DNA of 64,000 bases, taken from NCBI GenBank assembly GCA_051362555.1, contig CM120642.1, positions 13,144,001-13,208,000 of the forward strand, read 5' to 3'. The DNA is from Lingula anatina (lineage: Eukaryota > Animalia > Brachiopoda). How positions within the stretch are numbered: the first letter of the stretch is position 1; each line of letters opens with the position of its first letter. The translations under genes were made by a program, and so were the position numbers. Under the pieces are notes generated by a model. The model had not been told where the DNA came from, ran no database searches, and saw only the letters and a list, made by a program, of their open reading frames with translations. Below are positions 1 through 11,703 of the stretch, in pieces.

Positions 1-3000
1 CCCACATAGTTTATGGCTCCACGGAGAACCCCTGAGTTCAACATCATCAAGTTTTATAGACTTGTCTGATATACTGGTAGTTTGCCTGGGCCGGGTGGGA
101 TATTTGCAAAAGAACTTCAGCGAAAAGTTGTTTTTTTTTTTAACTGAAAAAAAATTGGTGTTTTGACACAGGATAAATGTGCAGTAGTCCTCTTGGTGAG
201 GATATCCAGCCTGTTTTAATAAAATCAAGATAATGTTTTTTGACAGGCAGTTGCTTTAGTTTAGGTGACAACTAGACCCAAAAGTTTGACCAAATCAGTT
301 TGCTTTAACCAAAGCGCGAAAAATATATCTACTGCATTTTATCAGCTATCAGTAGTTTGATTCAAACATATTTGATGTGAAGCTCTTAGTCCTTTCTTGA
401 AAACAGAATTCTTTTATTCATTTATTCATCGGCTACATGGTATATAGTAGGATTCTACCAAGGCCCCACATAGCTGATGAAAAAAAAATGTTTTGCATTT
501 GTGAAATTTAGATATTCAAAGATACTTTTCAGCTTTGATTTTCAGATGACGCCCAACTGCAAAGGAGGACCTCCCTATGAATTTCAGGTGCTGATAAGAA
601 AAAAAAACAGATGCATTTGAATATGGAAAGTGCTTGACTGTGTTTCCCAGATGTTGTTCTGAATGAAAGTTATTGCCATAAATTACAGGAGGATAGATTC
701 CAGCTTCAATATCTAAATGTTTTCTACGAAGCCAGGATCACCAATATACATTTTGTGTGCTTTTAGATTTATGAAAGAAGACAAGTTAGCCCTACATCTA
801 CCTTTCAGGGTCAGGGGGTCCAAATAACCATGAAAAATAAAGGAGGAGACCAACATTTTTTGCTGAAGGCTTCATTTGCCTTGGTTGATTTATGAAGGAG
901 TTTAAAGGCAGCTTAAATAAAAAAGTCATTCCACAGTATTCCCTTTTTATCCTCTCCATAAGACTTTACATATCATGGAGAAAATTAAGGAGTTGCCTCC
1001 AAATCCCAAAGTGGACTTCACCTAGAGTGGCGTAAGCCCAATAACTTGGTCCTTTGCACATTGATTGGCGTATTTTAATGACAAAGTTGTAAAAGTAAAC
1101 TTGTAGAAAAAAACAACTGAATAGTATGGCTATTTCTTAAGGGCAGAATATAAGGGGCCCGAGTAAGGTACCTCAACACTCCACTGGACATAGCCAGTTA
1201 ATGAACTTGCATACTGAGTCAAACTCCTGTACATAGTGTAGTTACACTTAGAATGGAAGATGGACCAACTTGGGTCAGCATATCTACAGATTACATGGAG
1301 TTCCCACTTCGCCCCAGATCCTTAAATCATTGGTTTAACTATCCAGTTGTCCGGGACCTCTTTCACAGAAAGGTCTTTTTCAAAGAGGGCATATAGTAGA
1401 GTAAAAAAATTGTTCTGGTATACTTTGAGAGGTCCACCTTTCATTCTAAGATGTTGCTTGTCTGAACTTTCTGGCAGTGTCATTCAATTTTTCTCCTCAG
1501 GACCAAATAAAGTTCTTTCCAGCGTATCAGTTTTGCGAACTCTAAGGCAAAAAAATGTCTCATCAATACGCAATTCCAGGAGTTGATAGAACCATTCAAG
1601 GAAATGATATTGATGGTTATTTCCTGGAGCCAAGATAATCGAGAGAAATCTCCAGGATTATAGAAATATTAAGAAATTGATTACCCAGGGGATTTGGAGT
1701 ATTCAATGAGTTTTTTCCAAGCAGGGATTTTTTATGCTTTTCTTTCTTGGTGTTTTTTAAAAGAGATTATAAATAGCTTCATTTTGCTATTAGCTCATAA
1801 AGGATTATTGGCCTGGGAAGATGTGTAAATATTTGTGCGTAATTTCTTTCGCTTAATTACTGGATGCTGTTATTTCCATGTATTTCCTGGCTCTATTTGA
1901 TGTGTGGAGTGGTATTTAATGAGAGTTTTGCTACGTTGAGAGTGGGAAGGCTGGTTGGTATCAAGTTTGTGGACATTCCCCACTTGACTACTCATGGGGG
2001 CTGCATTTATCTTCACTTCAAACACACCAGGGAAACTATTTCAAATGACCTTTTTGTCAACTTAGACAATAAATCATACCAAATTATTGGCAAAATCTTT
2101 TTCAGGTTACAAGATTAGCAGGTATTCAAAATGTGTTTAGTTTAAGCTGTACACATCATTAATTTGTGAAAAATTAATATGAGATGCCCGTGATGTAAGC
2201 AGTCAATATTATGTGTACTCTTTCTCCTTTCTTGAACCCTCCCCCTCCCCCCCCCCCCCACCCACCCCCTCTGTCTCCTAACCTTACGTGGCCTCTTCCT
2301 CCATCCATTGATCTATATTCCATCACAATTTAGCCTTCTGAATTGGTCATTTTCTAAATTCCTGGAAATATGATTGCCTGTATCAAGTTTTTTAGCTTTG
2401 TAATGGTGAGATATGTAGTCAGAGAGATAACTACATCTGCGGCTAGCTTGACTAACAATTGCCAGTGGCATTGCAAATATCAGCACTTATTGGTGACGTT
2501 AATGTCCAATTTGTCAGCTGTAATAACCCTCTGTGTAGTTGTTTAAATGGATCTGTGAATGAAAAAAGGAGTAGAAATAAGGCAACCACTTATTACCGTA
2601 CTACAGGAAATTGTGAAGTGGTCGAGGAGATAATTGTGCCCATCTAACAGCTGGTTGTAAGCACCCTGTGTGTGTTGGGGGGGGGGGGGGGGGAGAGAAG
2701 GAGGGAAGAGGAGATAGGAAGGGAGGAAGAAAGAGAGACTCAAAGAAATGTTATTTCCAAACATGATATATGTAAGGAGTAGTGCACAGCTCGGATTCAT
2801 GCACTTCATGGTGAATGAGATGGGCGATTTTTTTTGTAATCTTAATTTTTGTTAAAGCAAATCTCAAGATTTACATCAGACTAAAAGTTCATAAGCATAT
2901 TCTGAGACTAAAAACAATATGCATGCATTAGAAAGGTCATTAGAGAAAAGTTTGAAGTTCTGCACATGTTCTGGTCCAAAGTTTAAGGTTTTCGCTTTTT

Positions 3001-3770
3001 TGTGTTGCTGTATCTTATTCCTATACCAGCAGCAGGTCTTTCTTTTCTTTGTGGCCTCTATTCCTAATGTTACTGAGTGATACAGTGAAGTGAAATCGGA
3101 GGATGTGTTTTCCCCATTCATGTCTCCCTACACACGTCCTGTCAGCTGGAATAAAGTGGAAGTCTTTTGATTAGGATACTCTTTTGGAAACTCCAAAAAT
3201 AAAAAAAAAGCTTTCTGGTCTTGGCTCACCACATTCAGCTGAACATGTCAGGCTGGAGGATTGAACAGTTTCACTTTGGAAGTTCCAATTCTTTGCAGCT
3301 GTCCTCTGCCTTCAAGCCAGGAACCTGGATCGCGTTAATGATGTTTTGTATTAATAGTAAGGATATCAGCAACTCTTTTGTTTGTTTACAGATACCGCCT
3401 TTTGGCTATTGGCAGTGAATTGGTGCCCCAAACGCCAGCATATGTACAGCATATGCAAAAAGAAAGATCAGTGAAAAATTGGGGGTTTTTTTAGGGGGGA
3501 GAGAGGAGCAAAATTTGAGATATGTCTAAAAATGCAAGCAATGACCCTTTACTGGGTTTGCTGTACGTTCAGTTGAAGGAGGAAATTTGGTGTTGTTCAC
3601 TGCTTAATATTTCTTGGTATATTATGTCAGTAAATTGAAGTTTGATATTTGAAATAAATGAAGATATTTACACATTTCATCACAGACACACCTGATAACT
3701 AGTGGGAATGAAGTGTTGCCTTAGATTTAAAGGTAGCATGGAATGATGAAAAGCAATTTGAGATAATCAC

Positions 3771-4510
3771 CCCATTCTCATAGAGCGCATTCTCAACGAA
3801 TTAAGCCAGGCTTTACAAAGCCGGTGACCTAAAAATGGCGGACGTACATGAAAGAAAAACCGCCTAATCTTTTAATAGTCTCTCCGCCTCTCACACGCCT
3901 CCCCACACGTCGTCCCTGCGGGGTACAGTAATTAAATCTCGGCTCCGAACATTAATATTTCCGTGAATATCTCTGGTGATATTATCTCCGTAGATAGTCG
4001 ATTCATTGCTGCTCTACGGGCCAAATTATTCCTATTTCGTCTCTGTTTTCAAAGATAATAGAACAGAAGAGCTTTTTTCCTTCGATCGCCTTCAGCCGCC
4101 ATGCTTTCTTCACCACGAGTTTAACTGATGAGCATGCGCACTTAATATTTCCCCGGAGACGCGATTTAATTACTGTACCCCGCAGGGACGACGTGTGGGG
4201 AGGCGGAGAGACTATTAAAAGATTAGGCGGTTTTTCTTTCATGTACGTCCGCCATTTTTAGGTCACCGGCTTTGTAAAGCCTGGCTTAATTCGTTGAGAA
4301 TGCGCTCATAGATTAGATCGACCTACATTGGATCGACCTAACTCCCTGGGGGTTCACGCTAAATAGCTGTCAGCCGGGCGGACACGAAAGTTAATTACCC
4401 CTTAAAGCTTGTAGTAGGCGGGGACGGACACATAAGGGGGATTATCTGACAGTAATCTAGTGAGACTCCCCGCGGTGATAGATCGATCTAAAAGTTGTAA
4501 GAACAGAGCC
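3771..4510. mobile_element. Outer Harbinger-type MITE (interrupted by 3783-4307); second copy at 62106-62352
   Basis: 4308-4510 shares GGATC(G/A)ACCTAACTCCCTGGGGGTTCACGCTAAAT and TAGTGAGACTCC with 62106-62352; the right end TTGTAAGAACAGAGCC is followed by TTA. Confidence 0.75.
3783..4307. mobile_element. MITE with ~170-bp terminal inverted repeats (PIF/Harbinger-like), nested in another MITE
   Basis: Starts GAGCGCATTCTCAACGAATTAAGCCAGG and ends with its exact reverse complement CCTGGCTTAATTCGTTGAGAATGCGCTC; ATA on both sides (3-bp TSD); no transposase ORF. Confidence 0.9.
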
Positions 4511-5224
4511 TTAGATTTAAAGGTAGCATGGATTGATGAAAAGCAATTTGAGATAATCAGACTGGGTTTGAATGAGATGTGTGTCTTTTTTTGTGCTTAT
4601 CTTCTTTTCCCAGCAACACAAGGTTAGTTTCTGGAAATGTGCTATGATTGAAGGAAATTTGAGTTCTTGTAGGATATTTTAGCACAAACCAAGTCACGTG
4701 ATTTTACTCTTCACCAATATCTCCCAATAGATGCTAAGGACTTTTGCTTTATCTCATACACCACCCTAGTTAAAGATGTAAGGTTTTACATACATTCATA
4801 CAATTGCACTTGCGCACATGCACATGCATGTGCAAGCCTACTATGACAAATGAATTCAGGCACCCTACATATTTCTCCTTCAAAGTTATTGACAATACTG
4901 TAACTTCTTGCCTAATTGATGTGCTCATTGCTCTGTTTACTCATCTGTAGCAATTGTGCGTGAAAGTTGCACAGCTTAAAGGTACACATGTGGAGCATGG
5001 ATTCTGAGTAATGTACTAGTATATTAACCACTTCCACTTGTTTCTTATATACGACTCAAAGTCTACATACCTACATCAGGGATCGTCCTGGGTCAAAATC
5101 TGGCTGGGCCATTTTTAAAAAATGTGTGCCGTGAATTATTCAGAGAAAATTCATTATATTTCCATATTTTTATATGATTAAAAACAACGAAAAAAGGCTT
5201 GATGCTACTACTCTGAAGTCCTAA

Positions 5225-5350
5225 GTAATTGTAGTGTGTGGAAAAATCTTCCAAAATTAACAATTGTACTGTCCGAAAAATTGTACTTAATGGAAAAATC
5301 TTTCAGAATTAATAATTGCACTATGCCGAATAATTGCACTGCATGAAAAA
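5225..5350. repeat. Degenerate short tandem repeat (~55-bp unit)
   Basis: Recurrent AATTG(T/C)AC and TGGAAAAATCTT..AATTAA(C/T)AATTG blocks. Confidence 0.5.
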
Positions 5351-8300
5351 GGTTGACAATTCCTATTATTTTTTGTAAAACCTTCTGTGGTCTATCTTTG
5401 CGAGTATGTACTGTACTCTGTGGAGCTCTGGGAACAGACAGTCTGGCACTGTTGGAGCTGGGGGAGGACTTTTAATTTTCTGCCTTTTTAATTTCTTCTG
5501 AAAGGAAGCATTCACACAAGGCACGTTGATCATATCTCGATCTGTCCAGATGATGCAAGAAGTGTTGATTGTTGTAATGAAACTGTTGTGCACCTCAAAG
5601 GACACAGATCAATTGATCTCCCATTTATCAAGCACGAGTGAGAAAAATCATACTTAACAAGAATTAAATGCAGTTAATTCAAGCAGATCCTATGCCAAGT
5701 GAAAGCGACTCATTTTCAGCCTATTCTTGCATAGTGTGAACTTTCCCTAAAAGCCTTGCAATAGGAGCCGTCAATGTTGACACCAATTGTAACGACAACA
5801 AAAGCCCGACTGTGTATAGGCTGTGTAATTGTGGCACTAATGGAGAGTTGTTGTAATTAATATGCATAACAGCAGGTAAGATTCCATAAGCCCTGACTGG
5901 GGCAGAAAGAGATATTAATCATTTACAGCCATGCTGGTGTTTGCAAACGACTCCAATGAATCTATTCAAATAGCACTGACACTTCTGGTTACGTGTAGAG
6001 TTAAATTTTATTTTTTACTTGTGTTTAAGGGTTGGAAAGATAACTTAAGATGCAATGTATTGTGAAGAATATCTGGGGAAAACTTTTTTTTTCTTTTTTT
6101 TTTTCCTTTATAATGTCTTTTAAAGATGGCTTCAAATACCCCAAAAAATTGTATAGCCTTTTGGGTAATTACTCATCCCCAGATAAGCTGCTTGTTTATG
6201 AGAAAATTGATTGCATTTTAAAGTGACAGAGGTGGAATGTTGTTATCGCATTAGTCACTACTTTATGGTGATGTCATTATGTTGCGGTTCCACTACCTCT
6301 TGCAGTGATGTGGTTGATGAAAAAATAACTTGAAATGAAAGCTGCTTCAAATTAGGGATATTTTTGTTTAGAAATATGTCCACCTTTTACCTTTTGAATG
6401 AAGTCAGATGAAGATACAAGTATAGTTCATCTCTGATCCCAAGTTTTCTTTTTCAAAGGTAGCTACAGCCTGCTGGTGTTTCAGAAAACCAGGATGTTTT
6501 ATAACAGTGCTCATCATGCTCAGCTCTTTGTCTAGTTAAAAAACCTTCAAGCCTTTAAACAACTATGTCACGTTTGTTTCAAAAAATATCCTTCATGCCT
6601 AAGTGGTTATTGAAATAAAACAAGAAGAACCAACTCAGTAAAATATATTTAATATACTGATTTAAACAAAGCTTTCAAGAAACTGTATTAAGTCAAGTGT
6701 CCACTTGCAGCAAAGCTATCAGCTTGTGTGAAAAGTGTGAAACTTCTGTTCACCGTTTTATTGATCTTCCCCCAAGTCCTCAGCCAGTCAATTATGTTCA
6801 CATTGGATAGGGATATTAGGTCTTGGCATGAAAAAAACATCTAGTTAATTTCCCTGCACTTAGTTGTCTACAGTTGAATGAGTAGAATAGCATACATGAC
6901 CGGTTACAATATTCATAAGTGACAGTGAGGAAGTTTTAGAACCAGGTTCACATCTAGAATAAGGTAAAAAGTCTCTGATATCACTATACAATCAGAATTT
7001 GTAAAAATGAGAATTTGTATTTTAAATGACATTGTATAAATGTTGGAACAGACCAAGGGAAGAGAGGGGGACTGAAATCTTTTTTCAATGAAATTTAGTT
7101 TCGGTATTGTGCATACCCAAGTAGACTACTTTAAACATTTGAGTGCATCAGTTCTGCAAAATGAAGATAGCTTCTACATCCATCTGTGTTAATAGACACA
7201 GTCATGCTGGCACTGAAAGAGAAATGATGTTTGCCAGGAAACATTTCCTATCAAGTGTAAACACGCCCTAAATGAGTACTTTCAACACAAGACCTGTTCA
7301 GAACAGGCCCAACTTGAGTCTACTTGCAGATAATTTGAATTCAACTGGCTTAAATATCCGAATCTCATGTTTTGCCTTTTGGTCACCTGACTGTATCTGT
7401 AAGACAGTTTTTTTGAGTTCTAACTTGGTCCTGATGGGAACTTGTCCTTACTCTCTAAGGGTACTCAAGTTGTACTTAACATGGGGACAATCCAAGTGTG
7501 GTAAATGTCAGCTATGTTGTACATTGTAGAACAGCCTTATATCTGATGTTCTGTGAGATATTTACAATCTGGCACATGGAATATCTGGTGGAAGTGTTAA
7601 AGTCAGGTAAACACTTCTGGGGTGTTTGTAAATTCTCCCTCTATAAAGGTACACAAGACACAGAGAGAGTGCCTAGAGGGGCACTTTTATTTGATGTATT
7701 ACTTCTATTATCGCTGTTAATAGTGTTTTTCATTGAAATGGCTATTAATTGTTGTAGGTCAATGGAATGCTCTAAGTGGACACAAGTAATCATTATGGTA
7801 GGCCTTGTTAATATGGAACATAACTTAGACTGGAAGTGCTTTCTGTGATAGTTTAGTTTAGCAGCATACTATCTCAGCGGACTGTGTGATTCGGATTTCT
7901 AACCATTTAGGGCCAGTCTAATCCTCCAGATGTGCTGCCTCCTGCCACTGTATTTCAGTGCCCAGCATTGAAAATAATTAGAAATCATGATTCAAAATCT
8001 GCTGTGTAGTACCTTACCAAATTAAGCTGTCACTACTTAACTGTAAATGCAACTTATCTGATATCACTAGAAAAGCGTTGTACTCAACATGGGATTTAAA
8101 ATTTTTAAATAAGATATGGAAGTCCTAAATGTTAACTGGTGGTGATAGTTTAGTCTGTATCTAGTCTGAGTTGGTCTTGCAGACAAAAAAGGCTTAATAG
8201 AAGAGATGGTACTTGAAGTAATTTTGTCACAAGTCAATTTCCCAGCTCCAGTGTTTACCTTTAAACAATGCCCACGGATGAAAAAGCAGACTCAGATATA

Positions 8301-9384
8301 ACTGAGATCAATAACTTCTCTATAAAATATTTATTTTGTGGTTTACTTGGTTCCCATTGTGCCTTAATCAAATGGATTAGAAATTGGACTCCTTATTACA
8401 GAGGTTTGGTTTTCACTCTACTTGGGAGTCAGAAAGGTGGACTAATTAGCGTTGTTGGTTGGTTTGTCAACTTGTTGAAATGAAGGCTGCGTGAGATAAT
8501 ATCTGTAAGTGAAGGAGATAAAATTGATCGATTTAAGTACAGCAATGCATCACTGGAATATTGTCTGCAGCAGCGTTAAAACATTTCGTAAAACGTTTTC
8601 TGTACAGTCCAGTTTCTATGTAAATTACAAAAATCTGCACATAAGAACATTGAATTATCATAACATATGAAAGGTGTACTTTTATTTGACTGGTTTAAGC
8701 CCTGGTAGAAGGTCCCTATATATGGTGCTGGTAACAGTCCATTTACAAGTTACCTCAAACGACCTTTGCGAACTGAATTAACTCATTTGTAGGGTGTTAA
8801 GTACAGGTATTAAGAGGGGGAAGTGGGTCGGAGCTAGACCACGTACAAGGGAGTACAGCTGATACAAGCTTCTACTTAAGTTGGTTTTACTCCTCACTCA
8901 GGGTATCACTTCAGTGTTTAAATTATTACGCGTATACATCTCCTTAATAAATACACCTTCTTTTCCACTATTGTAAAGGTTCCAAAAGAAAACACAAAGT
9001 CTGTCAGCCAACCTGTCAATTACATTCTCCGTTTCTTTTCTCCCCTATTGTATGATGTCTAAACAAACCAGTCCCATATCTCCCTTGTAGGGCTTTAAGC
9101 GCTTCGTTGCACCCGTCTTTGTGACAGGTTGTATGGCAAGGAGCGACTGGCTTGCTTGTCTTGATTATATGAATTATCTGCTTTTAGTAATGTTCTTTCA
9201 GTTAAGTTATTCACTTAGATATAATGCATAAGCCGTTTATATTTTGCTTTCACTGTAGTTGGCATTGTGCATACAATCAAAGTCTATTATGCCTCTTTCT
9301 GGGCAATATTTTGCTGCCTATCACAGTGCAGTTAGATTAAACAGTTTGTACCTCTTGTTTACTCTTATGTCGCCTTTCTTACAG

Positions 9385-11703
9385 CAAAAATTGAAAAGGA
9401 AACTCGAGGGGAACAATGGCGGTGAAAATATAGACTCGGGTTACCATTGTGATCAGGCAGCCTCGCCACAGGCCAAGCACAGTAGACCTTCCACGGCAAC
9501 TCAGAACAGTGTGGGCAGCCTGTCAGTCCAAGTCCAGATTAAATCCCACTCAGAACATCCCCAGAACAGCCAGACTGACCTCACTGTCAGTGCCACTGTG
9601 CGCACACACGCTGGGGCTCTGAACGACGGCACCAATGTTCACACTAGCACTTCTGTAGACTGTAAACAGCCTAAACAGGAGCCTATAGAGGAACAGAGCT
9701 GCAGTCCCCCACTGGATGGCACGGGTGTCAATGTCGATGAGCTCCAGGATATTCTAGACACACTCGCAAAGGAGGAGGGGGAGGGAATCCCCCCAGAACT
9801 GATGAAAGAAATACCAGCAGATATTCTCAAGGATTTTGATATCATTACACACTGTGCAGATGCCAAGGACAAGAGCCCAGGAGGGAGTACATATTCAAAC
9901 AATGGCATGATGTATGGGGGTGCCACTCAAAGCATGCATCCACCCCAGTTCCCTGATGGCCAACAGGGCACCCCTGGGCCAATCTTTGATCAGCATATGA
10001 ACCCTATGAACTCTGTGCCCAGTGGTCCCCCCATGCCTGCTGCTACCAATGCCTACAGGCAACAGCCACAGCACCTGCCTCACACGCCCAACACAGGGGG
10101 GCCACCACCCTCTTTGCTTGACACAGGCGGACCTGCAGCAGAGACATTAAAACAAATGGCTGCTCAACATCAGAGCTCGGGGGGAGGGTACCCCAATATG
10201 GCAGCCAAGCCACCGTATGCCGAGCAGCATGAGATGCAGTACTCCCGAGGTGCGTACCCTGGGTATCCCCAGTCTGCCATGCCATATAACCAGCAAGGGG
10301 TGTACCCTTACAGCCAGCAGGTCCCCAGGGCGGGGCCAGGGGAGGTGGAGGTACATCGGCAGCAGCTCCCCCCTGGTCACCCCATGGCAGGGGGCATGCA
10401 GGACCCCTCTTTATCCTACGCAGGCACCAAGCCTCTTTCTCATTACTCTCCTGACATGATGAATGGGATGCCACCATCGTCATTACGTCAGCTTCAGAAT
10501 CAGTTTGGTCCTGCATCAAGCCAGGGGCAAGCTCTACCTGGAAATTCTCTGCAAATTACGCAGAGCCAGAACATGGAGGTGATGCAGGGATCACAGAGAA
10601 TGCAAGTGTCACAGACACAACATATGAACATTAACGCAGGGCAGGGGACCCCCATATCTATGGCTCAGAGACAGTCCTTTAACATTGCAGCACAACATGC
10701 ACAAAACAATGCTCAGTATAACATGAACGAGCAACACATGCGTATGCAGCAACAGCAGCAGCATGCACACATGATGCAAGCGAAAATGCGTCAGGAGGAG
10801 CAGCAGAAACGGGAGATGGAACAGCAGCGACAGCACCAACAACAGCAGCAGCAGCAGGCGGCACACATGCAGTACCTCAATAACCGTCCGCCACCTCCGG
10901 AGTATAAAATGCACCCGGGCTCTGCTCCGCCCCATTCAGCGGCAGCTGCAGCAGCAGCATACCAAGCAAGCATGGGGTCCAGCAACCCTTTACAAACCAT
11001 GCAAAACATGGTCAATCAAACAAGTGTCAATCAAAGTGCTGGCTTTGGACCTGTAAAAAGTGAAAACCTCCCAGGGACCCCTGGGACAGTAGGGCCCCCA
11101 GGGATTCAGGCAGGGTACTCTGCAGGAATGCAGAGGCAGCAAAGTTACCCTGGGGCTCCAGGCTCTCAGTCGGCATACAATCAGCCCAGCAAGCCCAGCA
11201 CCCCCACGTACACCAGCCCTCTGATGAGAAATGAGAGGCCCCCTAATGTCAATGTGGGCCCCGCAGGGTTGAACATTTCTGAACAGCGGACCCCAAATTG
11301 GGGTCGCAGCCATAGCCAGGGCCCTCATTACCCTGGCATGGCCCGCCCCCCACAACAAATGACACCTCACAGTATGATGCAATATGGGAGCTTTGCTGCT
11401 CAAAATGGCACCTACTCAACAGCGGGGTCAACAGGAGGGATGCAGGCCCAGCGTGCAATGATGTCAGGAGGAATTCCCCCTGGCTCTCTTCCCCCAGGGG
11501 CGGCACAAGAGAATGCAATGATGCAGCACAATATTCACATGCAGCAGCAACAGATGATGATGGCAGGGGGTGTACCCCAGCAAGGCCCCCCTGGGAGAAA
11601 CTATCAAAATGGCGGCTATCCTTTAGACAATTCAGGAGATCTATTCGACTCTGTGAACACTCAAGGTACAGAGCTGAGTATCTTGGATCAAATCTTGGGC
11701 TGA
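9385..11703 (+). CDS. MAML: Mastermind-like Notch transcriptional coactivator, terminal coding exon (772 aa)
   Basis: Acceptor tttcttacag| opens in phase 0 on QKLKRKLE, resembling the KRKLE segment after the first exon of vertebrate MAMLs. Acidic helix DELQDILDTL, Q/P/M/G-rich body, and a C-terminal acidic motif GDLFDSVNTQGTELSILDQILG* typical of Mastermind. The CSL/NICD-binding basic domain was not found in the window. Confidence 0.85.
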   Translation, partial: QKLKRKLEGNNGGENIDSGYHCDQAASPQAKHSRPSTATQNSVGSLSVQVQIKSHSEHPQNSQTDLTVSATVRTHAGALNDGTNVHTSTSVDCKQPKQEPIEEQSCSPPLDGTGVNVDELQDILDTLAKEEGEGIPPELMKEIPADILKDFDIITHCADAKDKSPGGSTYSNNGMMYGGATQSMHPPQFPDGQQGTPGPIFDQHMNPMNSVPSGPPMPAATNAYRQQPQHLPHTPNTGGPPPSLLDTGGPAAETLKQMAAQHQSSGGGYPNMAAKPPYAEQHEMQYSRGAYPGYPQSAMPYNQQGVYPYSQQVPRAGPGEVEVHRQQLPPGHPMAGGMQDPSLSYAGTKPLSHYSPDMMNGMPPSSLRQLQNQFGPASSQGQALPGNSLQITQSQNMEVMQGSQRMQVSQTQHMNINAGQGTPISMAQRQSFNIAAQHAQNNAQYNMNEQHMRMQQQQQHAHMMQAKMRQEEQQKREMEQQRQHQQQQQQQAAHMQYLNNRPPPPEYKMHPGSAPPHSAAAAAAAYQASMGSSNPLQTMQNMVNQTSVNQSAGFGPVKSENLPGTPGTVGPPGIQAGYSAGMQRQQSYPGAPGSQSAYNQPSKPSTPTYTSPLMRNERPPNVNVGPAGLNISEQRTPNWGRSHSQGPHYPGMARPPQQMTPHSMMQYGSFAAQNGTYSTAGSTGGMQAQRAMMSGGIPPGSLPPGAAQENAMMQHNIHMQQQQMMMAGGVPQQGPPGRNYQNGGYPLDNSGDLFDSVNTQGTELSILDQILG

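Larger units (their letters stand above)
3718..4559 (+). repeat. 52-bp direct repeat flanking the nested MITEs (3718-3769 and 4508-4559)
   Basis: GCCTTAGATTTAAAGGTAGCATGGA(A/T)TGATGAAAAGCAATTTGAGATAATCA occurs twice with one mismatch. Confidence 0.9.

Noticed and set aside
540-1700. Faintly coding-looking stretch, possibly a decayed retroelement
   Set aside because: The frames I read contain stops and no recognisable RT or transposase motif; needs a BLASTx search.
1942-3708. GTGGGAA CSL/Su(H)-like sites in the Mastermind intron
   Set aside because: Isolated 7-mers, not paired, expected by chance.
9259-9384. N-terminal 42 aa of the 814-aa ORF
   Set aside because: Starts at TTG and lies upstream of a clear acceptor; intronic.
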